Under the pieces are notes generated by a model that worked only from the letters and a program-made list of their open reading frames with translations, made no database searches and was not told the origin of the DNA. From Mobula hypostoma (taxonomy: Eukaryota), in contig NC_086097.1 of assembly GCF_963921235.1 (NCBI RefSeq), positions 251,908,001-251,972,000 on the forward strand: 64,000 bases of DNA, written 5' to 3'. Shown here piece after piece: positions 24,820 to 37,162 of this stretch (the stretch's first letter is position 1; each line of letters starts with the position of its first letter). The position numbers were made by a program, and so were the translations under genes.

Positions 24820-26919
24820 CAACAGAACGATTGCGTAGAGTACTGGGTCATTTTGAAAACTCTGTGAGAAACCATTGGCAAAATAATGTGGTGATCTCAT
24901 TTCAAAAAGTTTGTTTAAATAATCAAAGGAATGAAAATTTTAAAAAGAAGAACTACAGATATTGGAAGCCTGGGATTAAAACAGAACATTCTGGAAAGAG
25001 GTCTTGGCAGCACAGAATAAACGTTCCAGATCAAAGACTATTCATTAGAATAAACCCTCTCAAAGTTCAATGTAAATGTATTAACAAAGTACGCACAGGT
25101 CACCATGTACTACCCTGAGATTCACTTTCTTGCAGGCATTCACAGTAGATGCAAAAAACGCAATAAGACCTTACAACATAGGAGTAGAATTAGGCCATTC
25201 GGCCCATTGAGTCTGTTCCGCCGTTTATCATGGCTGATCCACTTCCCTCTCAACCCCAATCTCCTGCTTTCTCCTCATAACCTTTGACACCTTGACTAAT
25301 CAAAAACCTATCAACTTCCTTATTAAATACACCCAAAGACTTGTCCTCCACAGCTGTCTGTGGCAAAGAATTTCACAGATTCACCACCCTCTGGCTAAAG
25401 AAATTCCTCTCCACCTCTGTTCTAAACGGACGTCCCTCTATTCTGATGCTGTGTCCTCTGTTCCTAGACTCTCTCACCGTAAGAGACATCCTCTCCACAT
25501 CCAGTGGAATCAATGACTTACAACAGGGTGGACGACATTTAAGGGAAGTTTGGATAAGTGCATGGACAAGAGAGGTGTGGAGGGCTCTGGTCCAGGTGCA
25601 GGTCGATGGGACTTGGCAGAATAACAGTTCAGCATGGACTAGTTGGGCTGAAGGGCCTGTTTCTGTGCTGTGACTCTGTGGCATGAAGCTCTTACAATAA
25701 ACACAAAAGATTCTGCAGATGCTGGAAATTCAGAGCAACCTACACACAATGCTGGAGGAACTGAGCAGATCAAAATTCAAAAATTTCAAAGTCAATATGT
25801 ATATGTCACCATATACAACCCTGAGATTCAATTTTGTGCAGGCATTCACATTAGAACAAAGGAACACAATAGAATCGCTGACAAACAACCCACTAGCCTC
25901 CTCTCCTCTTGATTTATTCACTGCCAAATGCAGATGGGACACTGGCCATTTTTAATTGTCCACTTCCTTTACTCCCCCGAAGCAAGCCTTTGCAGAACAT
26001 GCTTTACAATCACTAGTAACCAGTCTGATGGCTTCCAGACAGTGAACAATTGAACAAGAAAGTATGAAGTGACCATAGAGTTTCTCTCTTTGGATGTGAT
26101 AGGGTCAAAGTTCAAAATAAATTTATCATCAAAGTACATATATGTCACCATATACAACCCCGAGATTCGTTTTCTTGTGGGCATACTCAATGTATTCATA
26201 ATAGAATAACAACCACGGTAGAATTAATGAAGGACCACACCAACTTGGCCATTCAAACAGTGTGCAAAAGACAATGAACTGTGCAAATACAAAAAGAAAG
26301 AAATAATAATAAATAAATATGGAGAACATGAGATGAAGAGTCCTTGAAAGTGAGTCCATAGGTTGTGGGAACAGTTCAACATTGGGACAAGTGAAGTTAT
26401 CCCCTTTGGTTCAAGAGCCTGATGGCTGAGGGGTAATAACTATCCCTGAACCTGGTGGTGTAGGTCCTGAGGCTCCTGTGCCTTCTTCCTGATGGCAGCA
26501 GCGAGAAGAGATCATGTCCTGGGTGGTGGGGGTCCCTGATGATGGATGCTGCTTTCCTGCAACAGCATTCTGCAAGTAGTCAAAGATGATAAATACAAGA
26601 AATTCTGCAGATGCTGGAAACCCAGAGCAACACACACAAAATTCTGGAGGAACTCAACATGTCAGGCAGCATCTATGGAAGATGAATAAAGAGACGAAGA
26701 TTCAGGCTGAGTCCTGATGAAGGGTCTTAGCATGAAACATCGACTGTTTATTCCTCTCCAAAACTGCTGCCTGGCCAATTACTGGTACAATGCACATTGT
26801 TTCAGCCATTTAGGTTGTCTGATATCACTAATAGTGCCATTTAAGTTATAACAATCTTCGTGATGAAGTGTAAATCCGTTATCCTAGTTATTGTTCTGTT
26901 CTGTGTCATTACATCATTG

Positions 26920-27650
26920 AAGAATGCTGTAGAACAGAGGGATCTAGGAATAATGGTGCATAGTTCCCTGAAGGTGGAATCTCATGTGGATAGGGTGGTG
27001 AAGAAAGCTTTTGGTTTGCTGGCCTTCATTAATCAGAGCATTGAGTATAGGAGTTGGGATGTAATGTTGTAATTGTATAGGATATTGGTAGGCCAAATTT
27101 GGAGTATTGTGTACAGTTCTGGTCACCGAATTATAGGAAAGATGTCAATAAAATTGAGAGAGTACAGAGGAGGTTTACTAAAATGTTGCCTGGGTTTCAG
27201 CTCCTAAATTACAGAGAAAGGTTGAACAAGTTAGGTCTTTATTCTTTGGATCATAGAAGGTTGAGGGGGGACTTGATAGAGGTATTTAAAATTATGAGGG
27301 GGATAGAGTTGACGTGGGTAGGCTTTTTCCATTGAGAGTGGGGAAGATTCAAGCAAGAGGACATGAGTTGAGAGTTAAAGGACAAAAGTTTAGGGGTAAC
27401 ATGAGGGGGAACTTCTTTACTCAGAGAGTGGTAGCTGTGTGGAACGAGCTTCCAGCAGAAGTGGTTGAGGCAGGTTCGATGTTGTCATTTAAAGTTAAAC
27501 TGGATAGATATATGGACAGGAAAGGAATGGAGGGTTATGGGCTGAGTGCAGGTCAGTGGGACTAGGTGAGAGTAAGAGTTCGGCACGGGCTAGAAGGGCC
27601 GAGATGGCCTGTTTCCGTGCTGTAATTGTTATATGATTATATATGGTTAT
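26920..27650 (+). mobile_element. CR1 3' fragment
   Basis: EQRDLGIMVHSSLK...EYCVQFWSPNYRKD...FFTQRVVAVWNELP. Confidence 0.9.
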
Positions 27651-28609
27651 ATCAACATGAAGTGCAAACATTCATTTTCACAGAATATGAGCCAGCCATC
27701 CAACACACCACAACTCACCACCATCAACTTTGCTGACGAGCATCTAGAACTTTCGAACACAGAACAGTAGAGCACAGGAACAGGCCCTTCGGCCCACAAT
27801 GTTGTGCTGAACCATCTAAAATGGTAATCAAATGAACAACTAAACTAATCCCCTCTGCCTAAATAATGTCCATATCCTTCCATTTTCCTCACATTCATGT
27901 GTCTATCTAAACATCTCTTAAAAGTCCCTGATGTATCTGCCTCGACCACCCCAGGCAAAACGTTCCAGGCACCCACCACTCTCTGTGTAAAAAACTTGCT
28001 CCTCACATCTACTTGAAATTACCCCCCTTACCTGAAATGCACACCCTCTCGTATTGGACATTTCAACCCTGGGAAAAAAATACTGTCTGTCTACTCTATC
28101 TATGCCTCTGATAATTTTATAAACCTACACCATATCTTCCCTTTGTCTCCACTGCTCCAGATAAAACAATCCAAGTTTGTTGAACTTCTTGTTATAGCTC
28201 ATACCCTCTAATCCAGGCAGCATCCTTCTGCACCCTCTCCAAAGCCCCAGCACCCTTCCTATAGCAGATCGACCAGAACTGTATGCAATACTCCAGATGC
28301 TGCCTAACTCGAGTTTTATAAAGTTGCCACATAACCATCGAAAGCTATTATCTCTGAGAAAATCAGAATGAGTATTGTTCTCTTTGAAATGTTAAATTAT
28401 TTTTGTACTATAGTAGTTGAAATATTTCTTTTGCAATGTAAATATTCTGTGCATGTATGTCCTCTGTATTGAATTAGAATGAACCTGATCGTATTGTTTT
28501 TTGTTAGCCAATAGTTTAATGCATGGTATTCTGACAACCTGTATATTTAATACACTGTTACTGAGATTTACTAACAGGAATATAAAGCCTTACCATGATA
28601 TGTTTTATT

Positions 28610-31105
28610 GTATCATATTAGAAAATCAAAGAGGAAGTCGGGTGGGTGGCTGGTAATAATACTACGGGCCCTGTCTATGTAGTGCTCCTGATAAATGTCC
28701 CCGATGGATGGTAGGGAGACCTCTATGATCCTCTCAGCTGTTCTCACTGTAGGGACTTCTGGGCTGATGCTCGACTGCCCCCATACCTGATGGAGATGCA
28801 ACGTGTCAGGAAGCTCTCAATGGTGCTCCTGTAAAACGCAGTTTTAAGATGTGGGGGGAGCATTGCTTGCCTTGATCTTAGGAAGTGGAGGTGCTGCTGT
28901 GCCTTCTTGTTCAGGTAGGTAATATTAAGGGATCAGGTGAGGTTATCCATGATGTGATCTCCCAGGAACTTGGCGCACTTAACTCTCTCTACACAGGAGC
29001 CATGTATTCTCAGAGGGGGATGGTTTATCTGCATCTTCCTGAAGTCCACAATGATTTCCTTTATCTTCTCCACGTTCAGGTTTACATTTCTCCTCTCATG
29101 CCAATCCAGCAGCCGCTCCACTTCCTCTCTATACCCCATCTTGTAATCTTTCCTGATCAGGCCGACCACTGTCGTGTCAGCCACAAACTGATGACATGGT
29201 TTGAGCTGGGTCCTGAGTCACAGTCATGTGTCAGCAGTGTGAACAGCCTTGGGGAGCACCAGTGCTCAGCGTAATGGGACAAAAGACATTGCTGCGCACA
29301 CGGACTGACTGTGGCCTCACCGTTAACGAGTCCAGTATCCAGCTGCAGAGCAGATGTTGAGACCCAGCAACAACAGGTTCCCCACCAGCTTCTGGGGTAC
29401 GAAGGTGTTGAATGCCAAACTGAAATGGACAAAAGCAGTCTAACATATGAGACCCCATTTTGCAGGTGGGACTGGACAGAGTGGAGGGCAGAGGCTATTG
29501 CATCATTAATGGATCGATTTGAGTGATGAGCGAGCAGGAAAGGGTCCAGTGTAGCCGGAAGAAAAGCTTTAATGTGCTCCATGACCAGCTGCTCAAAGCA
29601 TTTCATAATGATTGATGTTAATGCCACCGGATGATAGTCATTTAGTCATTTACTGACACCCTCTTTGGCAGTGGAATGATGGTTGCCTCCTTGAAAACTG
29701 AGGAGACAGAGGACTGTTCCAGAGAGTTGTTGAATATATTCGTCAGCTGGGCTGTGCAGCCTTTCAGAACCCAACCTGTGTATTATCGGGCCCACACGAG
29801 AACATCTGCAGATGCTGGAAATTCAAGCAACACGAGGCCCCACAGCTCCGTGTGGGTTGACTCTGGCCAGGTGTGGGTTACCTCACCTCAGTTCATCCAG
29901 ACGGAGTGACTGCTCCCCTGGGGAGAGGGGTGCCTTCCTCACCAGCACTTTGCTCGGCGCATCAAACCGGCCGTAGAAGACATTCAGCATCTCAGGGAGT
30001 GAAGCATCCTGGTCACTGATATGTAGGGTGGACTTGTAGTCCGTAATCCTCTGAATTCTCTGCCACATGTGCCCCGTGTCTCTGGTATCACAGAAGTGGC
30101 TGTAAGTTCTCTGAGAAAGCTCTCATTTTGCCCTCTTGATGGAGCAGGAAAGCATAGTTCTTGCTTCCCTGAGAGCTGTCACATCCCCCGATCTAAAGGC
30201 CTCATAAGAACATAGAAAACCTACAGCACAATACAGGCCCTTCGGCCCACAATGCTGTGCTGAACATGTTACATCAGTGGTGCACAAGTGGAACGGGTCA
30301 AAAGCTTTAAGTTCCTCGGGGTCAATATCACAAATGACCTGACTTGGTCCAACCAAGCAGAGTTCACTGCCAAAAAGGCCCACCAGCGCCTTTACTTCCC
30401 GAGAAAACTAAAGAAATTTGGCCTGTCCCCTAAAACTCTCACTAATTTTTATAGACGCACCGTAGAAAGCATTCTTCTAGGGTGCATCACAACCTGGTAT
30501 GGAAGCTGTCCTGTCCAAGACCGAAAGAAGCTGCAGAAGATCGTGAACACGGCACAGCACATCACACAATCCAATCTTCCGTCCTTGGACTCACTTTACA
30601 CGGCACGCTGTCGGAGCAGTGCTGCCAGGATAATCAAGGACATGACCCACCCAGCCAACACACTTTTCGTCCCTCTTCCCTCCGGGAGAAGGCTCAGGAG
30701 CTTGAAGACTCGTACGGCCAGATTTGGGAACAGCTTCTTTCCAACTGTGATAAGACTGCTGAACGGATCCTGACCCGGATCTGGGCCGTACCCACCAAAT
30801 ATCCGGACCTGCCTCTCAGTTTTTTAGCACGACCTTACTTCCCATTTTTCTATTTTCTATTTATGATTTATATTTTAAATTTTTAATATTTACTAACTTT
30901 TTACTATTTTTAATATTTAATATTTGTAATCCAGGGAGTGGGAAGCGCAGAATCAAATAGCGCTGTGATGATTGTACATTCTAGTATCAATTGTTTGGCG
31001 ACAATAAAGTATAAAGTTAAGGAGTCTCTACAAATTACCGAGGGTTACCTTTAGCCCTCTATTTTTCTAAGCTCCATGTACCTGTCCAGGAGACTCTTAA
31101 AAGTG
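28610..31105. mobile_element. Nested cluster: degenerate Rex1/Babar (-, 28610-30200), CR1 tail (-, 30205-31105) split by a Rex1/Babar copy (+, ~30268-31017)
   Basis: ALTSIIMKCFEQLV, TGAPQGC, ADTTVVGLI on minus; ERVKSFKFLGVNITNDLTW...SFFPTVIRLLN on plus; CR1 tail sequence resumes after 31017. Confidence 0.8.
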
Positions 31106-31880
31106 TCCTCCTCACTATGGTACAAGGGGCAAGGGCCTAAACCCGGGCCTGATTGAGGTCAAGACCCAAATCAGCAATGGGATCTAAGCCCGGAAATGGA
31201 GGATATTCCATCTCATCATGGGCCATCTGGGTCGCCAGTGTATGAGAACCAGTCTACTCACCCCTGTCCAGGCTTTCAAACAAGGGCCAAGAGGCTGAAA
31301 TTTCAACCAAGGTGAGCAGAGGGGTTTCCCTGTGCCCTGATTAAGACAGGCAAAAGATATAGGTCAGATCTCCTCCTGTGGTAGGAGCAACCCCTGAGAT
31401 GGACCTGAAACCACGATGTACCTGCTAAAGCACGGTAAGATGTTTAAAAGCAAACACAGCGAGAAACGGTTACGTAAACACAGCACAGCACGTGCTTCTT
31501 CAGAAAAGGAGACAGACACAGTCACTAAAAAAAGGCAAAAAATGGACGGATTCACAGGTTCAGAAAGAGTGACTACTGGGTGATAATAATCATAAATTTA
31601 AAAAAGCAGAAATGGCTGTCTACATCGGAACGATAGATGCGTTCTATCATAGACCAGTTTTGCTTTGGAGCAGAAAGCATACAATTTGCTTAGAAGCTCA
31701 ACTACTCCAACCAAACCAGCCAAAATTAGATTTGCTGATATCATGAAAGAAATAAGGAACATTTAGAATTGGACACTGGCTTGGCTGTTTCAGTCACTCT
31801 ACAAAATGAGTTTGAACAGCATTTCAAAGATACTGAACTGATGCCTGTAGATATCTAACTAAGAACTTATTCTGGAGAGT

Positions 31881-32185
31881 GTGGGCACGTGGCCAAGTGG
31901 TTAAGGCATTCGATTAGCGACCTGGAGGTCATGAGTTCGAACCCCAACCGAGGCAACGTGTTGTGTCTTTGAGCAAGGCACTTAATCACACATTGCGACA
32001 ACACTGGTGCCAAGCTGTATGGGTCCTAATGCCCTTCCCTTGGACAACATTGGTGTCGTAGAGAGGGGAGACTTCCAGCATGGGCAACTGCTAGTCTTCC
32101 ATACAACCTTGCCCAGGCCTGCGCCCTGGAGAGTGAAGACTTTCCAGGCGCAGATCCATGGTCTCGCAAGACTAACGGATGCCTT
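31881..32185 (+). mobile_element. tRNA-derived SINE with CORE-like segment and RTE-derived body
   Basis: A box TGGCCAAGTGG, B box GAGTTCGAACC, GTGTCTTTGAGCAAGGCACTT; flanked by CTGGAGA duplication. Confidence 0.8.
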
Positions 32186-32469
32186 AAATACTGGAGAAAA
32201 GATTACTCCTGTGGGAATGACATTCATAACAGTGAAATAGAACAATGATCTTGTATGAGGTAAAAAGAGGAGGACCAGTATTGTGGGGACGGGATTGCCT
32301 GAGATAACTACAGCTAGATTGGAGGTCCATCCCCAATTTGCATGCTGTATCCCCTGTATTAGAGTCAACTGAAAGCGAATTAAGAAAGATACTGAATGAT
32401 GCACCACAGTGTCAGGGATGGCATTGGAAAACTCAAACATATTAAAGGTAAAATGATAAGTGTTAAATG

Positions 32470-34020
32470 ATAAGTCCTGGGGCCTGATGGAATATTCCCC
32501 AGGCTGCTCCACGAGGCGAGGGAAGAGGTTGCTGAGCCTCTGGCTAGGATCTTTATGTCCTCGTTGTCCACGGGAATGGTACCGGAGGATTGGAGAGAGG
32601 CCAATGTTGTCCTCTTGTTCAAAAAAGGTAGTAGGGATAGTCCGGGTAATTATAGACCAGTGAGCCTTACGTCTGTGGTGGGAAAGCTGTTGGAAAAGAT
32701 TCTTAGAGATAGGATCTATAGGCATTTAGAGAATCATGGTCTGATCAGGGACAGTCAGCATGGCTTTGTGAAGGACAGATCGTGTCTAACAAGCCTGATG
32801 GAGTTCTTTGAGGAGGTGACCAGGCATATAGATGAGGGTAGTGCAGTGGATGTGATCTATATGGATTTTAGTAAGGCATTTGACAAGGTTCCACACGGTA
32901 GGCTTATTCAGAAAGTTAGAAGGCATGGGATCCAGGGAAGTTTGGCCAGGCGGATTCAGAATTGGCTTGCCTGCAGAAGGCAGAGGGTGGTGGTGGAGGG
33001 AGTACATTCAGATGGTGGGCTGTGACTAGTGGTGTCCCACAAGGATCTGCTCTGGGACCTCTACTTTTCGTGATTTTTATTAACGACCTGGATGTGGCTG
33101 TAGAAAGGTGGGTTGGCAAGTTTGCAGATGACACAAAGGTTGGTAGTGTTGTAGATAGTGTAGAGGATTGTCAACGATTGCAGAGAATCATCGATAGGTT
33201 GCAGAAGTGGGCTGAGAAGTGGCAGATGGAGTTCAACCCGGAGAAGTGTGAGGTGGTACACTTTGGAAGGACAAACTCCAAGGCAGAGTACAAAGTAAAT
33301 GGCAGGATACTTGGTAGTGTGGAGGAGCAGAGGGATCTGGGGGTACACATCCACAGATCCCTGAAAGTTGCCTCACAGGTGGATAGGGTAGTTAAGAAAG
33401 CTTATGGGGTGTTAGCTTTCATTAGTCGAGGGATAGAGTTTAAGAGTCGCGATGTAATGATGCAGCTCTATAAAACTCTGGTTAGGCCACACTTGGAGTA
33501 CTGTGTCCAGTTCTGATCGCTTTACTATAGGAAGGATGTGGAAGCATTGGAATGGATACAGAGGAGATTTACCAGGATGCTGCTTGGTTTAGAAAGTATG
33601 CATTATGATCAGATATTAAGGGAGCTAGCGCTTTACTCTTTGGAGAGAAGGACGATGAAAGGAGACATGATAGAGGTATACAAGATAATAAGAGGAATAG
33701 ATAGAGTGGATAGCCAGCGCCTCTTCCCCAGGGCACCACTGCTCAATACAAGAGGACATGGCTTTAAGGTAAGGGGTGGGAAGTTCAAGGGGGATATTAG
33801 AGGAAGGTTTTTACTCAGAGAGTGGTTGGTGCGTGGAATGCACTGCCTGAGTCAGTGGTGGAGGCAGATACACTGGTGAAATTTAAGAGACTACTAGACA
33901 GGTATATGGAGGAATTTAAGGTGGGGGGGGTTATATGGGAGGCAGGGTTTGAGGGTTGGCACAACATTGTGGGCCAAAGGGCCTGTACTGTGCTGTACTG
34001 TTCTATGTTCTATGTGCTAT
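32470..34020 (+). mobile_element. CR1 ORF2 RT fragment, frameshifted
   Basis: VPEDWREANVV, YRPVSLTS, DFSKAFDKVPH, GVPQGS, KFADD; tail TGTTCTA. Confidence 0.95.
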
Positions 34021-34224
34021 AAATAAAAAAGCTACCGCCGAGTTTTGCAAAGTCCATCTGGTTCTTCATACCGTCCATGATGAGCAGCCAGTGAGCTAGA
34101 CTGCATGGATTGTAGTAAATGCTGAAGGAATTCTTTCCAAGGTTGAAAGGAGCCCACGGACAACACCAGTGGTCCCAGTAGCCAAGAATTGGTCTGTCAG
34201 GATTTTAAGGTCACCATCAACCAG

Positions 34225-34925
34225 TGGTTTCTAAGGTTGTCATAGCCGGGGCTGGTAATGCGGATAAGCTCCCACTACCTGTAAAGTGCTCCAAATGGGG
34301 TGTGACTCTAACAGCCTCTGACAACCAAGTCCAACCCTTGGCCTTCACGTGTGGCTTAGCTACTAGGTCTGGCGGAAATGTTTCTACTGACAAGAGAAGG
34401 GGCAAAGGCGGACCACTGGCACCTCAAAACCAGTTGCTTTGGGCAGGTGGGGCTCATCAGCCTTAGACGGCAGCCCGCCTAGGAGAAGGAAAACTCTGAT
34501 TCTAAACCTCCGCTGCCTTGCAGCCATACCCCCATGGGAAAGGCTTTGGGAATAAACCCCGAGGAAGAAATCCGGAGCCGGGGTCCCTAAGGCAGTTTGA
34601 TATTGTTTACAACTTCACCCTGGCAACGTCTGCGACGACACTGGTGCCAAGCTGTATCAGTGCTTGCCCTTCCCTTGGACTTCATCAGTGACGTGGAGAG
34701 GGGAAACCCACTGCATGGGCAACAGCCGGTTCTTCAAATCTTCCCACCCTGGAGAGGAGACTCCAGCATCGCTACTCAACACCGGAAGCAGCAGTTTCCG
34801 GTGATAAACCACTGCACTCAATTGGCATAGAGTGAGGCACCAGGGACTGTTTCTAATGGTGGGAGAGGTCCTGGGACCTCCCAGGCCAGCTACCACCCAT
34901 CTCAAGCTCGGCAGTCCCTAGTCAA
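34225..34925 (+). mobile_element. RTE-clade LINE 5'-UTR-type relic
   Basis: CTAGGAGAAGGAAAACTCTGATTCTAAACC motif typical of RTE 5' regions (from memory); shares ~100 bp with the SINE at 31994-32100. Confidence 0.5.
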
Positions 34926-35224
34926 ATAGGTAGCAGCCACCCTGGACATTCTCCAGTTTGCTTTATCAAAACAGTCCTACAGTTCTCAGACTGCATTTTC
35001 AGGCCAGGTCTTCACCACCTTTGGAACCGGTTTGACCTGTTTGATAACAGCAGAAGGGAGAGAGGAAAAACAAAGATGGCAGAACTTCATAATCAGATCT
35101 TTTTATCCCTTAAAGATCAAAAACATTCCATTCAAACTTGTAGATAAGAATCAACCAATCGGATAGTCCCTACTCAAATAACGCAGCATGAAGAAAAACT
35201 TCCAGAATCATCTAAATGTAGCTG

Positions 35225-35932
35225 CTCGGGGACAGACTGAACAACTGCATATGCACACTGTGACCACTAGGGGACACACTGAACAACTGCATATACACAC
35301 TGTGACCACTAGGGGGCACACAACAACTGCATATACACACTGTGACCACTAGGGAACAGACTGAACAACTACATATACACACTGTGACCACTAGGGGGCA
35401 CACCGAACAACTGCATATACACACTGTGAGCACTAGGGGACACACTGAACAACTGCATATACACACTGTGACCACTAGGGGACACACAACAACTGCATAT
35501 ACACACTGTGACCACTAGGGGACACACAACAACTGCATATACATACTGTGACCACTAGGGGGCACACTGAACAACTGTATATACACACTGTGACCACTAG
35601 GGAACAGACTGAACAACTACATATACACACTGTGACCACTAGGGGGCACACCGAACAACTGCATATACACACTGTGAGCACTAGGGGACACACTGAACAA
35701 CTGCATATACACACTGTGACCACTAGGGGACACACAACAACTGCATATACACACTGTGACCACTAGGGGACACACAACAACTGCATATACATACTGTGAC
35801 CACTAGGGGGCACACTGAACAACTGTATATACACACTGTGACCACTAGGGGACACACCGAACAACTGCATATACACACTGTGACCACTAGGGGACACACC
35901 GAACAACTGCATATACACACTGGACCACTAGG
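35225..35932 (+). repeat. 40-43-bp minisatellite (about 17 units) with a 248-bp higher-order duplication; CTCF-like motif in the unit
   Basis: Unit ACTGCATATACACACTGTGACCACTAGGGG(G)CACACTGAACA; exact CCACTAGGGGGCAC at 35306, 35388, 35552, 35636 and 35800. Confidence 0.95.
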
Positions 35933-35979
35933 AAGAATACTTAACAGTTATATGTATATAAGTAGTTATAAAAAATACT

Positions 35980-37162
35980 AGCCGCATCTGCTCTCAGGAT
36001 GAGGCTTTTCATTCTAGGACGAGGGAGATGTCTTCATTTTTTAAAGAAAGGGGCTTCCCTTCCTCCACTATCAACTCTGCTCTTAAACGCATCTCCTCCA
36101 TTTCACGTACATCTGCTCTCACTCCATCCTCCCACCACCCCACTAGGAATAGGGTTCCCCTGGTCCTCACCTACCACCCCACCAGCCTCCGGGTCCAACA
36201 TATTATTCTCCGTAACTTCCGCCACCTCCAACGGGATCCCACCACTAAGCACATCTTTCCCTCCCCCCCTCTCTCTGCATTCCGCAGGGATCGCTCCCTA
36301 CACAACTCCCTTGTCCATTCGTCCCCCCCATCCCTCCCCACTGATCTCCCTCCTGGCACTTATCCGTGTAAGCAGAACAAGTGCTACACATGCCCTTACA
36401 CTTCCTCCCTTACCACCATTCAGGGCCCCAAACAGTCCTTCCAGGTGAGGCATCACTTCACCTGTGAGTCGACTGGGGTGATATACTGCGTCTGGTGCTC
36501 CCGATGTGGCCTTTTATATATTGGTGAGACCCGACGCAGACTGGGAGACCGCTTTGCTGAACATCTACGCTCTGTCCGCCAGAGAAAGCAGGATCTCCCA
36601 GTGGCCACACATTTTAATTCCACATCCCATTCCCATTCTGACATGTCTATCCACGGCCTCCTCTACTGTAAAGATGAAGCCACACTCAGGTTGGAGGAAC
36701 AACACCTTATATTCCGTCTGGGTAGCCTCCAACCTGATGGCATGAACATTGACTTCTCTAACTTCCGCTAGGCCCCACCTCCCCCTCGTACCCCAGCTGT
36801 TACTCATTTTTATGCACACATTCTTTCTCTCACTCTCCTTTTTCTCCCTCTGTCCCTCTGAATATACCTCTTGCCCATCCTCTGGGTCACCCCCCCCATC
36901 TTTCTCCCTAGGCCTCCTGTCCCATGATCCTCTCGTATCCCCTTTTGCCTATCACCTGTCCAGCTCTCGGCTCTATCCCTCCCCCTCCTGTCTTCTCCTA
37001 TCATTTTGCATCTCCCCCTCCCCCTCCAACTTTCAAATCCCTTACTCACGCTTCCTTCAGTTAGTCCTGACGAAGGGTCTCGGCCTGAAACGTCGACTGC
37101 GCCTCTTCCTATAGATGCTGCTTGGCCTGCTGCGTTCACCAGCAACTTTGATGTGTGTTGCT
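35980..37162 (+). mobile_element. Penelope-like element (Neptune-type), 5'-truncated: Cys linker + GIY-YIG endonuclease + pseudo-LTR
   Basis: ORF 36028-36771: CKQNKCYTC linker, GVIYCVWCSRCGLLYIGETRRRLGDRFAEH, VATHFN, LEEQHLIFRLGSLQPDGMN. Confidence 0.92.
37063..37098 (+). ncRNA. Minimal type-I hammerhead ribozyme motif in the Penelope pseudo-LTR
   Basis: AGTC-CTGACGA-A-GGGTCTCGGCCT-GAAA-CGTC-GACT: stem I AGTC/GACT, core CUGAnGA and GAAA, stem II hairpin, palindromic ACGU stem III, GUC triplet. Confidence 0.7.

Larger units (their letters stand above)
31395..34225 (+). mobile_element. Gypsy (K02A2.6-like) internal relic carrying a nested SINE and CR1
   Basis: gag start MAVYIGTIDAF (~31612); KAYNLLRS..PTKP; protease LDTGLAVSV (~31769); LRTYSGE and TGEKITPVG on either side of the SINE; RT start EGILSKVE..TTPVVPVAK..DFKVTIN (~34125-34222). 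Confidence 0.75.

Noticed and set aside
31881..31955. Possible tRNA gene (A and B boxes)
   Set aside because: It runs directly into a repeat body with a second copy at 18.7-19.0 kb; it is a SINE head.
35212..35981. Cys-rich repeated peptides (CICSCSVCP) resembling metallothionein or keratin-associated proteins
   Set aside because: Translations of the minisatellite; variable unit lengths break the frame.
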